Below, one piece after another: positions 16,497 through 25,967 of a stretch of DNA of 64,000 bases. Numbering within the stretch: position 1 is the first letter of the stretch; the number at the start of each line of letters is the position of its first letter. The stretch lies in the sequence record OR896832.1; one strand, 5' to 3'. A program made the translations under genes and the position numbers. This DNA comes from Escherichia phage GoldenSnicker. The notes beneath the pieces are model-generated. The model made no database searches. It had not been told where the DNA came from and was given only the letters and a program-made list of their open reading frames with translations.

Positions 16497-18320
16497 TTAT
16501 GATTGCATCCAAATTTTGCGCTGATCTGCATCTTCACTATAGAGCAAATCGAATAGCTCTTTATAGTTTTCCGGTAACGTGATGATCTCCATGACAGGAT
16601 CGTTGATCACGCGATGATAGTCTGATTCTGTGAGCGATGCTAAACCTTTTATATATCGAATGTTGTAACCTTTGATATTATCTCGGTCGTTCTCGAAATC
16701 TTCTAGGTCATAATACCATCGAACATCATCACCTTTCTTTGGTTCAGCAATGATAATAGGTGTTTTGATAAACCGGATTCGTCCATCTTCGAACAATTCA
16801 GGCCAACGTGCAAAGAAAGAGATCAGACTAGGCTTAATAGACCCGATCCCGTCGGTATCAGCGTCTGTCATAATCGCAATATTTTTGTATTGCATAACTT
16901 CCAATGCATCAACACCAAATTGCAAACCAGTGATCGCCATGATGTTAAAAATTTCGGCGTTCTTAACGATCTTTGCCTCTGGTTGCTCCCACGTTGTAAG
17001 AGTTTTACCTCGCAACGGGAAACCTCCATGTAAATCTTGATCACGTACAGAGATCAGATAGTTGATCGCGGAATCACCTTCCGTCAAAAACAGGGTAGTT
17101 TCTGCGTCAGTTCCAATAAGGTTAGCTTTAACGTGTTTTGCTACCTTAGCCCGTTTTGCTGCCTTTGCTGCCTTAGTCGCTGCCGCTTTATCTGCTGCCT
17201 CTTTGCGTGCCAGGACTACAGCAATAATAGGCATGATAATGTTTTCTTTCTTCGCAATGACTTTAGCCAGTTTTTTAAAGTCCAGATCAATGTGTCGCTT
17301 GATATCACCAGTTGGATTAGTCAAGCGTTCTTTTGTCTGTGAATCAAAGCGCAAGTTAGGCAATTCACGAACAATAAGAATACAGGTCAATCCAGACTTA
17401 ACCGCAGCTTTAGTAACATCAACCTTATATTCTTTCTTGATTCGTTTTACAATCTCTTCACAAAGATCATCTGTCACGTAGTCTACGTGTGTTCCCCCGT
17501 TTTTGGTAAACAGACCATTAGCAAAGGATACTGATTTAAAACCTTCTCCCTCGACCGCCGGAACTAGAGCAAGTGAAAAGTTTTTATCTTCAATGACAAA
17601 CGGATCATCATTGTATAGTTTAGCATAATCCTTGAACTTACTAACAATACGTTTACCATTAAACTTAAACGTGATCTTAGGAAAGATTACGCTCAATGAT
17701 TGCAGACGATCATGAACAATATCTAAAACAGAGTTGTCCATCATATAACCTTCGAAGTGGTCGAAGTCTGGGCAAAATGTAACCTTTGTTCCCTTCAATT
17801 TTGATGGTTTTGACGACCATGTGATATTTTCAGCGCCGTTTGTGCACTGTACGGTCATTTCTGTTTCGCCGTCACATGTTACACCAGTAAACCAATCGCT
17901 AAAGAAATTTGACAACGACGACCCCACACCGTTCATCCCTTGCGTTAATCGATTGGTATCATCAAAGTTAGACCCTGCTTTTGTTCGTGTCCATGCGGCT
18001 ACAGGTTGCGGAATCTGCGTACCCTCTGGGGTAGTAACCATATGTTGAGGAATACCGCGACCATTGTCTGTTACCGTAACAATATTGTTTTGGATATCGA
18101 CGCTAATCACATTGGCAAATTCAAAGTTAGTGCGGATCGCCTCGTCTACAGAGTTGTCGATGATCTCATCAATGATTTTAACCAGTCCAGGAACATATGA
18201 AATTTTTGTCCACTTACCGAACAGGAAACGTTGATGTTCTTCGTAAGTTGTTGATCCTATATACATTCCTGCACGCTTAAGGACATGTTCACGATCAGAT
18301 AAAATGCGAAACTCACTCAT
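16497..18320 (-). CDS. 39: DNA topoisomerase II large subunit gp39 (GyrB-like ATPase), unsplit
   Basis: 607 aa; GHKL ATPase/toprim motifs (..GDSAINYL.., ..DADTDG..); single ORF covering T4 39+60. Confidence 0.9.
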   Translation of the reverse strand: MSEFRILSDREHVLKRAGMYIGSTTYEEHQRFLFGKWTKISYVPGLVKIIDEIIDNSVDEAIRTNFEFANVISVDIQNNIVTVTDNGRGIPQHMVTTPEGTQIPQPVAAWTRTKAGSNFDDTNRLTQGMNGVGSSLSNFFSDWFTGVTCDGETEMTVQCTNGAENITWSSKPSKLKGTKVTFCPDFDHFEGYMMDNSVLDIVHDRLQSLSVIFPKITFKFNGKRIVSKFKDYAKLYNDDPFVIEDKNFSLALVPAVEGEGFKSVSFANGLFTKNGGTHVDYVTDDLCEEIVKRIKKEYKVDVTKAAVKSGLTCILIVRELPNLRFDSQTKERLTNPTGDIKRHIDLDFKKLAKVIAKKENIIMPIIAVVLARKEAADKAAATKAAKAAKRAKVAKHVKANLIGTDAETTLFLTEGDSAINYLISVRDQDLHGGFPLRGKTLTTWEQPEAKIVKNAEIFNIMAITGLQFGVDALEVMQYKNIAIMTDADTDGIGSIKPSLISFFARWPELFEDGRIRFIKTPIIIAEPKKGDDVRWYYDLEDFENDRDNIKGYNIRYIKGLASLTESDYHRVINDPVMEIITLPENYKELFDLLYSEDADQRKIWMQS

Positions 18321-18382
18321 TATTAAACCTCTTCATAACATAACCATAACTTACTGCAACCGCCACAAAGACGGCTGCAACA

Positions 18383-18410
18383 ATCATATTAAAAATTGAG
18401 TGATTGTCAA
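18383..18410 (-). promoter_or_regulatory. sigma70-type promoter (TTGACA-16-TATGAT) upstream of gene 39
   Basis: Minus-strand TTGACAATCACTCAATTTTTAATATGAT ~60 nt upstream of gene 39 ATG. Confidence 0.45.
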
Positions 18411-18419
18411 GTATATGAC

Positions 18420-18593
18420 TCATGACACGCGCACATTTTTATCGTAATACCCGCCATTAATCCCGCGCGGGGCAGTCAATCCCTGTTTGCATTCTTTACC
18501 GCATTCAGGGCATTCTGCCTTTTCACGCTCGGAAATTTTGCGGATTTTCTGAAATTGACCGTGTTCTTCACAAGAATAATCGTATAATGGCAT
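18420..18593 (-). CDS. small zinc-ribbon protein (57 aa)
   Basis: Track ORF trimmed to ATG after dexA stop; CxxC..CPECG motifs. Confidence 0.5.
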   Translation of the reverse strand: MPLYDYSCEEHGQFQKIRKISEREKAECPECGKECKQGLTAPRGINGGYYDKNVRVS

Positions 18594-18594
18594 A

Positions 18595-19263
18595 TTATCC
18601 CCTTTGTTTCTTAACTGAATTTGGATCTGGATTTTCTGGTAGGTCTTCCAGACCCATAGCATAACGTTGTGCATAGATTAGCATAAGAATATCGCGAGCG
18701 CAATCATGAATTGCATCATGTGCGATAAAACCATCTAGCGTACCCATTGGTAACGGACACTCACACATCCCGCGATGCATCAATGTACGCTCAATGGCGG
18801 TGCGAACATCTCGGATATTCCAGAATCGCACAGGTTCAAGGCTGAACGTCTCTCGTGTATTGTGTGCACGGCGGATCATATCAACTAGTAACGGAATATC
18901 AAACGCATTACCGCGTGACCACAATACGGATTTAACCGGATCTACTCCTACGGCTTCACAGAATGCGTTAAAACGCGCTAAACCTTCTTTAGTTGATACT
19001 TCCGTACCATTTGTGATTAATTGCTTTCTCATGCCTTCTGAGGCGGTATTCTTCCACCATTCAACCACACCATGATCAAACACCCTTACACCTTTCTGGG
19101 AAGGAATATCAAATTTTACCAGAAAGGAATTGTCAACCAGTTCTTTAAATGTAGGTGGATTGTGCGGATCTTCTTTAAATCCGATTGCCGCCATATTGAT
19201 AACCGCCCCATCAGGCGGATAACCTAAACTTTCAAAGTCAATCATTAAATCCACTGGAAGCAT
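18595..19263 (-). CDS. dexA: exonuclease A (DexA, DEDDh 3'-5' exonuclease)
   Basis: 222 aa; N-terminal ..IDFESLG.. exonuclease motif; size and position as T4 dexA. Confidence 0.8.
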   Translation of the reverse strand: MLPVDLMIDFESLGYPPDGAVINMAAIGFKEDPHNPPTFKELVDNSFLVKFDIPSQKGVRVFDHGVVEWWKNTASEGMRKQLITNGTEVSTKEGLARFNAFCEAVGVDPVKSVLWSRGNAFDIPLLVDMIRRAHNTRETFSLEPVRFWNIRDVRTAIERTLMHRGMCECPLPMGTLDGFIAHDAIHDCARDILMLIYAQRYAMGLEDLPENPDPNSVKKQRG

Positions 19264-19264
19264 T

Positions 19265-19504
19265 TTAAATATCCTCCGCGATATGCCGGAACAACTCCAG
19301 ATCGTTTTTATCTAACACTAGATTGCATTTGGTTGACCGATAATTGCAAACATTAATCAGTAAACTTTCCATCGCCTGTACCGACTGTACTTTATGTCGA
19401 AAAGACATTACATGTTGTGCATAATCAGCGTGAATTTTATCACGATGGAATGTTACGATGGCATCTAAACATAACAGTTTATCAAGTTCATCAATAATCA
19501 TCAT
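19265..19504 (-). CDS. hypothetical protein (79 aa)
   Basis: Track ORF between dda and dexA. Confidence 0.5.
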   Translation of the reverse strand: MMIIDELDKLLCLDAIVTFHRDKIHADYAQHVMSFRHKVQSVQAMESLLINVCNYRSTKCNLVLDKNDLELFRHIAEDI

Positions 19505-19505
19505 A

Positions 19506-19688
19506 TCAGTAACCCCGCTTAGTGAAGTGATCTATCATGGAATTAATACAATCGGCCTCGCTGATTCCAGATATACCCCATCCGTAGTTACCCCACCTGA
19601 AATGCATGTATACACATTCGCCATGATACGATACTTTCACTTCGTCAAATTCTGGGATACTTCGCATAATCATAATAATATTCCTCAA
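19506..19688 (-). CDS. hypothetical protein (60 aa)
   Basis: Track ORF; overlaps dda stop. Confidence 0.45.
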   Translation of the reverse strand: MRNIIMIMRSIPEFDEVKVSYHGECVYMHFRWGNYGWGISGISEADCINSMIDHFTKRGY

Positions 19689-21076
19689 ATATAGTCTACA
19701 CGATACCGTGCACGGGTAACACCCACATATAATAACTGCATTGCCAATTCAAAGTCAACATTATCTGTACACATGCAAGGGGTATACAGGAACACGCGGT
19801 CTACGCTGATTCCTTGTGACTTATGAATAGTGCAAGCTGGTAATGCTTTTACATTCAAGAACATACGCTTCATCGTCCAGAAAGAATCCCAATCCGGTTT
19901 AAATTTTGGATTCTCTTTCTTCATTTCGCGATATTGTCCGGCGACCGTATTCAGATAGATAGAGAAAATGTTCTTCTGACGTTGTTCTGTCAGAATGTTG
20001 ATTTCTACTAAATCTGGTTTATCTGTAGTGATTCCGACTGCATCTAACCCTACTTTCTGATTTAGGATTTCTTTGTCTTCGTCATCATCGACGCTTTCCA
20101 CTTTCAGAGTATATCCTAAAACTGGTTGCGGATCTACCCCCGTGCAACGTAATGTAAATTCACGCGGGATGACCTCTTTAACTCGGATCATCTCACCATT
20201 GTTAAAAATAACATTGGGAATCTTCTTCCCGCGTTCATCTCGCAGATATTCGATCAATGGTTCCTGAGTAACCAGAATTTCATCTACAATCACTGGTTCA
20301 TCGGTGTTATAAACGCGCTTACGTACAATTTCATTGAGTTTTTCGACGCTCTTGTTAGTGTAAGCCAGAATACGGTTTTCTAGAAGGTCTTCCGGCGTTT
20401 TAACGGTTTCGAAATAATGCTTCATAAACTCCGGCAGAGTTGAGCTATGGAATACACCCTCGTTACCGCACTGCTTTTCGAATACCCATTTACCATTACG
20501 GACAGCGGTTGCAACGTCAATTATTGGTGCATTGGACCGTTTAATCTCTGTGAGTTCTACATTCTGGAAATTTTCATCCGTGAAGAAAGGAGAGATCGAC
20601 GTTGCACCGCTCGGATCAACTGGTCGTAACTGGTGAGGATCGCCAACTGCAATAACAACAATTCGACCGTTGATACTCTTCATGAGAATATCAAATAGTT
20701 TCTTATCGACCATACTCGCTTCATCAACAATGATGATCTGAACATCATCTAGCTTAGGAGTATCTTTTTGCTCAAATACTTGAGTATCTTCATAGTTGGT
20801 CGGGTTAAGACGCAATAAAGCATGTAAAGTAAATGCTTGACGACCTACCGCTTTACTCAAAACTTTTTTAGCCTGGTGGGTAGGCGTTGCCAAAACCACA
20901 CCAGTTACACCACGGCGGACCATTTCCTGAACAATGAATTTCATCATTGCGGTTTTACCAGTACCCGCCGCACCACGGACAGTTGTATGCTTCTTTTGTT
21001 CAATGCGTTTCATTAGAACATCAAAAGCATGTTTTTGCCCGTCTGTTAACATATCGAAAGTTAATACTCTGCTCAT
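19685..21076 (-). CDS. dda: Dda SF1 DNA helicase
   Basis: 463 aa; Walker A GAAGTGKT, Walker B IIIVDEASMV; position as T4 dda. Confidence 0.85.
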   Translation of the reverse strand: MSRVLTFDMLTDGQKHAFDVLMKRIEQKKHTTVRGAAGTGKTAMMKFIVQEMVRRGVTGVVLATPTHQAKKVLSKAVGRQAFTLHALLRLNPTNYEDTQVFEQKDTPKLDDVQIIIVDEASMVDKKLFDILMKSINGRIVVIAVGDPHQLRPVDPSGATSISPFFTDENFQNVELTEIKRSNAPIIDVATAVRNGKWVFEKQCGNEGVFHSSTLPEFMKHYFETVKTPEDLLENRILAYTNKSVEKLNEIVRKRVYNTDEPVIVDEILVTQEPLIEYLRDERGKKIPNVIFNNGEMIRVKEVIPREFTLRCTGVDPQPVLGYTLKVESVDDDEDKEILNQKVGLDAVGITTDKPDLVEINILTEQRQKNIFSIYLNTVAGQYREMKKENPKFKPDWDSFWTMKRMFLNVKALPACTIHKSQGISVDRVFLYTPCMCTDNVDFELAMQLLYVGVTRARYRVDYI

Positions 21077-21390
21077 TATCCTAAAATCCTCACCTTGCGA
21101 ACACAGATAGTATTGAGTTCTCGCCGTACCCGTTCTTTCTCATATTCAGGAATTTTGTATTCTATACCATCCCGAACAATTTCAGAAGACCGGATTATAC
21201 CAAATTTTCGTTTAGGCACAACCTTGTATTTCGGTTCACCTGCCAATAGACTCTCACAATAATCTATCTGATCACACATTGACGCTAACGCAGCATCATG
21301 TGTTTCGCAAGTTAGGACGCGACCCTTCGCGTCCACTGAGTATTGAAAGAATCCGTCTTTATCACGATAACATACAGCAAATACATGCAT
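21076..21390 (-). CDS. hypothetical protein (104 aa)
   Basis: Track ORF. Confidence 0.5.
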   Translation of the reverse strand: MHVFAVCYRDKDGFFQYSVDAKGRVLTCETHDAALASMCDQIDYCESLLAGEPKYKVVPKRKFGIIRSSEIVRDGIEYKIPEYEKERVRRELNTICVRKVRILG

Positions 21391-22145
21391 TATAAACCTA
21401 CCTTCGCTTTCATCAATTCAATCCACGACGCATCAATCGGAAGCCCGTATTTCACGCGTTCTTTTTGTGCTGGCGTTAAGTTCTCATACTTAGAAAGAGA
21501 TTCAATCAAAACGCTGGTATATTTTAGCACGATTTCGGTATTGTTTGCAATAGCCTTAAGTTTTTCTTCTTTCTTGTTGATTTCGCTAAGGGCTTGCTTG
21601 AGATCTGCAATTTTCTGATAACGTTCTTCCATACGGAAGAGAGTATTTTTAATCGCTCGCTCGGCTGCCTCTGCTTTCTCCGGTTCGTTGTGCTTTTTGT
21701 GGCGCTCGATTGCTAATTTCTTTTCTTCGATTGCCATTTCCTGATTTTTGATGCGATTCTCGTTAAGTTCGATCCACTCGATGTACTTCGCACGTAGGGC
21801 AATTTCATCATCAGAAAGTTTACCGTTAGTTCCTAGTTCCTGGATCTCTTTAAGAGATTCGATAGTGTGATTGCCACGGAAAGAATTGTATTTCAGTTTA
21901 ACCGGAATTACATTGCCATCAACATATCCCAGATTGCAATCAATGCGCTCTAAGGAGAGTCCGTCATCACCTTCACCGAAAGCCTCACCTGAATAGGCAC
22001 AATGAGTCTGGCGGTAAATGTTACGAACAGTGACTAAGCTCATAGAGAAGTCTTTGTTGCGACGTGAAGCACCAGCCATGATAGAGTTCAGCCGGAAAAC
22101 AACCAGCGCCAATTCTTCGTTAGATTTAAAAGCAAACAGTTTCAT
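21390..22145 (-). CDS. hypothetical protein with C-terminal coiled coil (possibly Srd-like by size and synteny)
   Basis: 251 aa; sits between dda and Mod-like gene where T4 has srd; no motif-level confirmation. Confidence 0.4.
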   Translation of the reverse strand: MKLFAFKSNEELALVVFRLNSIMAGASRRNKDFSMSLVTVRNIYRQTHCAYSGEAFGEGDDGLSLERIDCNLGYVDGNVIPVKLKYNSFRGNHTIESLKEIQELGTNGKLSDDEIALRAKYIEWIELNENRIKNQEMAIEEKKLAIERHKKHNEPEKAEAAERAIKNTLFRMEERYQKIADLKQALSEINKKEEKLKAIANNTEIVLKYTSVLIESLSKYENLTPAQKERVKYGLPIDASWIELMKAKVGL

Positions 22146-22174
22146 AATTGATTCTCCTTAGTTGGCATGTGTGT

Positions 22175-22203
22175 ATTATTGTCTATCTGGTTTGTGCTGT
22201 CAA
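22175..22203 (-). promoter_or_regulatory. sigma70-type early promoter (TTGACA-17-AATAAT)
   Basis: Minus-strand TTGACAGCACAAACCAGATAGACAATAAT then conserved ..AAGGAGAATCAATT ATG leader. Confidence 0.5.
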
Positions 22204-22206
22204 CAC

Positions 22207-22710
22207 TTAAATTAAAGAAAATTTGTAAATCTCTATCAGATCGCCGTTACACGCGTAAACTTCCTCGATCTCATCAAGGATCATGGTCGTCCCTGTCTTG
22301 TATATGCACTCGCGCTCATCTGCCAACATAGCATACAAAGACAGTCGAGTAGTCGGATTGTCATACTCTTTAGACACCACTCGGTCAATAGCATGTTCGT
22401 AATAATTCATGCAAGGCTTGGTAGGTTTTATTGCAATAATCTTTCCTGTTGCATAAACATCGGTTGCAAAGTCCTCTGCTGTTGATTGTAGTGGCGTAAA
22501 GCTCATAGGACGCTCTACAACGAAAGAATCACCCACAATTAAGGTATCCAGCTTACGGCCTTCTCTTTTGCTCACACCGCGATACAAGGCTTCATGATGC
22601 ACTAACCGTTCAGTCTTTTCGATCAATCCATTAAGGATCGACATATCGATATTTTCTTTAGAGTTCATCACTTCATCAATGATGTTAAGTTCTTCTGGTG
22701 TAAATTGCAT
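22207..22710 (-). CDS. putative ADP-ribosyltransferase (ModA/ModB-like)
   Basis: Start at ATG after GGAGGC RBS; candidate R (LYRGVSK), S-x-T (MSFTPLQS) and E-R-E motifs; position of T4 modA/modB. Confidence 0.45.
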   Translation of the reverse strand: MQFTPEELNIIDEVMNSKENIDMSILNGLIEKTERLVHHEALYRGVSKREGRKLDTLIVGDSFVVERPMSFTPLQSTAEDFATDVYATGKIIAIKPTKPCMNYYEHAIDRVVSKEYDNPTTRLSLYAMLADERECIYKTGTTMILDEIEEVYACNGDLIEIYKFSLI

Positions 22711-22742
22711 AATAAAAAGCCTCCAATCTTTCGACGGGAGGC
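22711..22742 (-). terminator. terminator-like hairpin whose 3' arm is the downstream RBS
   Basis: Minus-strand GCCTCC-CGTCGAAAGATT-GGAGGC followed by TTTTTATT ATG. Confidence 0.45.
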
Positions 22743-22778
22743 ATAATAAAACCATTATAGAGTAGTGTCAACTAATTT

Positions 22779-23303
22779 TTAGTAGCCGCGTTCTTGACGG
22801 GCGAAGTTTTCAGCATTTTTCAGATAGTACAGAATAAAGAGTTCTTGAGCGTCAATACCCAGCGGGATCATCTTTGACAGAATGAAGTGGATCGCGTCCA
22901 CAAATTCAAATTTCACTTCAAGCTGATCTTCTGGTGACAGTTCAGAGAATTTACGCGCTCGCGCTTCCCCGTGGTTCTTTTTCCACATTTTCCAGATTGC
23001 ACTTGCATCTTTACCATTGGACATTCCACCCAGCGATGTGTAAAGCTCTCGTGTTTCGTCTGCGATAGCGTCATCCATCCGTTGCATCCAATCCAGCATT
23101 TCACCGCAAGTCTCTAGCTTAGTTGGATTTGGGACCCAATCAAATTTTTCGGATAATGCAACCTGCAAACCAGTTTGCATTTCGAGCATCACCTGAAACG
23201 GATCTTTACCTTCTGCAATAGCGTGATGATATGCGGCGATAGCCGCGTTAATATCTTTTTCGTTAACCAGACCAGCACAAGAATTAAATTCTGACATATT
23301 CAC
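22779..23303 (-). CDS. 56: gp56-like dCTP/dNTP pyrophosphatase (MazG-like)
   Basis: 174 aa; acidic E-x-x-E ... E-x-x-x-D helical motifs; immediately downstream of gene 61 as in T4. Confidence 0.6.
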   Translation of the reverse strand: MNMSEFNSCAGLVNEKDINAAIAAYHHAIAEGKDPFQVMLEMQTGLQVALSEKFDWVPNPTKLETCGEMLDWMQRMDDAIADETRELYTSLGGMSNGKDASAIWKMWKKNHGEARARKFSELSPEDQLEVKFEFVDAIHFILSKMIPLGIDAQELFILYYLKNAENFARQERGY

Positions 23304-23311
23304 CTCATTAA

Positions 23312-24340
23312 TTAAAATTTACAATATTTCATAAACCGCATTTTAGCCATCAGACCTTGTACGGTGTTCTCTTTGATGTATTCCATGATCTGGTCGCGTG
23401 TAGCGCCCTCGTCCTGAATCATGGCGTTAACGTCTTTAGAATGCCACGGGCAGCGATCCCACAAAACAATCTTTTCCCCTGCATTGATAAACTTTTCCAG
23501 TCGGTGCATTGTATCGGCAGACCGTGGTTCCGCATCAAGTACAAACACTCGCTGATCAGGGAAAGGAATTTCATCTAATCCCAAAGTACCGCCAGTAATT
23601 GCACACCCGTTATCAATAAACAATGAATCGATCGGACCTTCTAAGAAATACACTGGCCTACTCGGATCGGCGCGTTCAAGACCATAGACCTTACTCGCTA
23701 ACTCATGAGTTTTAATCGTCATATATTTGGTCTTTCCGTAATCCTTTCTCAATGCTCGCCCCTGAATGGATTCTATCTTGTTCTCGCGGTTAAAGATAGG
23801 AATCACTAAACGCGGTTCAGGTTGTGGATTCTTGAAAGTATCAGCCTTAATGTGATTTGCTACCTTTTGCCATTCTCTCGTGAAATACAGAAGATCCCAT
23901 TTATCGTGGGGAATGCAACGATCACTGACATACTTTATTATAGGATGATTAGCCGGAAGAGTATCTAATCTCTCGCAGAAAGGCAATGTTTGCACTTTCT
24001 TAATCTCCGGCTTTTCTACCTTTTTCAGTGGCTTGAACGTGGTGTTCTTGTGGTCGCCTTGTTCCTTCCGTCGTTCCATAAGCCATTCCCTGAATAGGTC
24101 CGGCTTATATTGTTTAAGAAATTCACCTAACGGCTGATTGTAGTTACAGTTGAAACAACCACAACGCAAACTATCCTTATAGGTATAGATACGGAATCGC
24201 GCTTGAGTATGATTTTTCTTTGAGTCACCGCAGATCGGACAACTACAGACCAGCGTAAATGAGCTAGTATGCAACCGTTTAAAATTTCGTTCGCCGTATA
24301 TGGCTTTTTCCGCTATTTCATAATCTGCGTAGTAAATCAT
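23312..24340 (-). CDS. 61: DNA primase gp61
   Basis: 342 aa (same as T4 gp61); N-terminal zinc ribbon CSCPICGD..CGCFNC; toprim-like C-terminal region. Confidence 0.85.
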   Translation of the reverse strand: MIYYADYEIAEKAIYGERNFKRLHTSSFTLVCSCPICGDSKKNHTQARFRIYTYKDSLRCGCFNCNYNQPLGEFLKQYKPDLFREWLMERRKEQGDHKNTTFKPLKKVEKPEIKKVQTLPFCERLDTLPANHPIIKYVSDRCIPHDKWDLLYFTREWQKVANHIKADTFKNPQPEPRLVIPIFNRENKIESIQGRALRKDYGKTKYMTIKTHELASKVYGLERADPSRPVYFLEGPIDSLFIDNGCAITGGTLGLDEIPFPDQRVFVLDAEPRSADTMHRLEKFINAGEKIVLWDRCPWHSKDVNAMIQDEGATRDQIMEYIKENTVQGLMAKMRFMKYCKF

Positions 24341-24349
24341 AATAACCTC

Positions 24350-24553
24350 TTATAGCTCAAATTTCATGAAAGTTCCTACACTTTCATTTTCATTCTCTCC
24401 GTTTTCATCTAAGCCAAATTTATAGACACTACCATCTGGCGATGTGTAAGAGAATACACGAAAACGGCCTACCGGGTCAAGTTCTGTAAATTCATATTCT
24501 TTTCCGGCTTCAAAAAGTGCATATGTGCTTTTAAGACATTTCATCGTAATCAT
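24350..24553 (-). CDS. hypothetical protein (67 aa)
   Basis: Track ORF; ATG overlaps stop of upstream small ORF (ATGA). Confidence 0.5.
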   Translation of the reverse strand: MITMKCLKSTYALFEAGKEYEFTELDPVGRFRVFSYTSPDGSVYKFGLDENGENENESVGTFMKFEL

Positions 24554-24693
24554 TTAAGTGCCACCGACAACAGAATGAGAACTACACCAACATACATTGT
24601 GATCTCGGATAACTTTTCTGTTTTTGTTTTGTGTCCAGATAATCCGAAAACAACAACACCGACAATAGCGGACAGCAAGCCAACGATAAACAT
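24550..24693 (-). CDS. small membrane protein (47 aa, two predicted TM helices), not in ORF track
   Basis: Hand translation MFIVGLLSAIVGVVVFGLSGHKTKTEKLSEITMYVGVVLILLSVALK; stop overlaps next ATG. Confidence 0.4.
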   Translation of the reverse strand: MFIVGLLSAIVGVVVFGLSGHKTKTEKLSEITMYVGVVLILLSVALK

Positions 24694-24700
24694 GATGATA

Positions 24701-24877
24701 CTAAGCACCGTCTTTCTCCTTTTTGCGTTTTTCTTTACCCGCTACACTAGGTCCACGATTGGTAATAGATCCGCTCGTTTCACCTGCTGCGATCTTCTCA
24801 GGATTGCCGCCAGCATCGCCAGCGGTCATATCTTCTTTGAGTTTATTTTCTTCAACAAACTGTTTAAATCCAATCAT
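24701..24877 (-). CDS. small hydrophilic protein (58 aa), not in ORF track
   Basis: Hand translation MIGFKQFVEENKLKEDMTAGDAGGNPEK..; ATG overlaps stop of 24874..25251 (ATGA). Confidence 0.35.
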   Translation of the reverse strand: MIGFKQFVEENKLKEDMTAGDAGGNPEKIAAGETSGSITNRGPSVAGKEKRKKEKDGA

Positions 24878-25251
24878 AGAATAATCTCTTTCAGTAAGTC
24901 AACAATCTGGTCTTTCGTCAGTTTATCCTGATTCTCTACAATCTTGATAACACAAGCGTTAACATCTTTGCGAGTCACTCGGGAGATCGTTTTAATACGA
25001 TGAAACGGTTCGTAGAAATATACTGCTTCATTATAGAGCGCAGCAATTTTTCGACGCATTTGATCTTTATCTGACAAGAAAACAAGTGCTGTTTTATGAC
25101 CTTCTACACCCGCCACGTTATATAGTTCAGCAACACCCCAGCGACCTTCCGGTTCAATCATTCCGGCGTGTTTACCGTCGATAAAAATAAGAATATCTCC
25201 GTTGAATGCGGTTTTGAATGCTACATCTTCCGGCGTAATCATATTTTTCAT
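24874..25251 (-). CDS. hypothetical protein (125 aa)
   Basis: Track ORF. Confidence 0.5.
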   Translation of the reverse strand: MKNMITPEDVAFKTAFNGDILIFIDGKHAGMIEPEGRWGVAELYNVAGVEGHKTALVFLSDKDQMRRKIAALYNEAVYFYEPFHRIKTISRVTRKDVNACVIKIVENQDKLTKDQIVDLLKEIIL

Positions 25252-25281
25252 AATATCGTCTCCTTAGAGTTTCATTATAGA

Positions 25282-25917
25282 TCAAGCGAATGTAGAAAGC
25301 AAACGTTTTGTTTCTTTCAGTTGTCGTTCAAGATCTTTGCGTTTCTCTTTAAGTTGCATTTTAGCATTATTTCGCTGTTTTTCAACATCTTTATCAATGC
25401 TCTTATTCCAGTTATCAATATCAGAATAAGTTGGTATACCCAATTCTAGACCTAATGCGGTTGGATACAGGGTAACAGTCCATAAACCGCTAATCTTCTT
25501 AAATAGGTCGGGGTGTAGTGTACTATCTACATCTTCCGGTGTCAACTCTTTTTCTTCTTTCAGTGGTGGGATCTCGTCATATGGTTCCAGTGCATTTACT
25601 TTAATATCAGATACCTCATCAAAGAATCCGCGTACATCCGCAGGAAATACACAAGCAATTTCCCAACCGTGATCACGCAGAGAAGTAATATTTTTCACTC
25701 CCCCACCATGTGTGATGATTGATGTGACATTGCCATCAAGGTCCACCGAATTTACGAGAAATGGCTTATCGTCTGTCAGATCATTATAAAACTGTGCTTC
25801 GGCTGTAGTCATCTCCAGAAACAGATCTCGGATCGGACGACCATCAGGTGCGTTACCTTCCTTGAGAGTATAAAAGCGACTTACGATCCATTTTGGCGGT
25901 AAAGCATTAGCGATCAT
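25282..25917 (-). CDS. hypothetical protein (211 aa)
   Basis: Track ORF; RBS AGGAGATAT. Confidence 0.5.
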   Translation of the reverse strand: MIANALPPKWIVSRFYTLKEGNAPDGRPIRDLFLEMTTAEAQFYNDLTDDKPFLVNSVDLDGNVTSIITHGGGVKNITSLRDHGWEIACVFPADVRGFFDEVSDIKVNALEPYDEIPPLKEEKELTPEDVDSTLHPDLFKKISGLWTVTLYPTALGLELGIPTYSDIDNWNKSIDKDVEKQRNNAKMQLKEKRKDLERQLKETKRLLSTFA

Positions 25918-25967
25918 GTTATATCTCCTATCAAATCATTCACCAGCGCCCCGCAGGGCGCATTTTA

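Noticed and set aside
18313-18423. 36-aa hydrophobic ORF upstream of gene 39
   Set aside because: Its ATG lies upstream of the predicted gene 39 promoter, which sits inside it, and it has no RBS
22743-22771. TTGACA and TATAAT hexamers downstream of the gp56-like gene
   Set aside because: Only 6 nt apart, so they cannot act as a -35/-10 pair
24575-24931. Plus-strand 118-aa ORF from the track
   Set aside because: Antisense to the early array; the minus strand carries two coupled small ORFs with ATGA overlaps that fit the operon better
25252-25281. MotA-box-like TGCTT sequences near a TATAAT
   Set aside because: Spacing does not fit T4 middle promoters and no MotA homolog is present in the window
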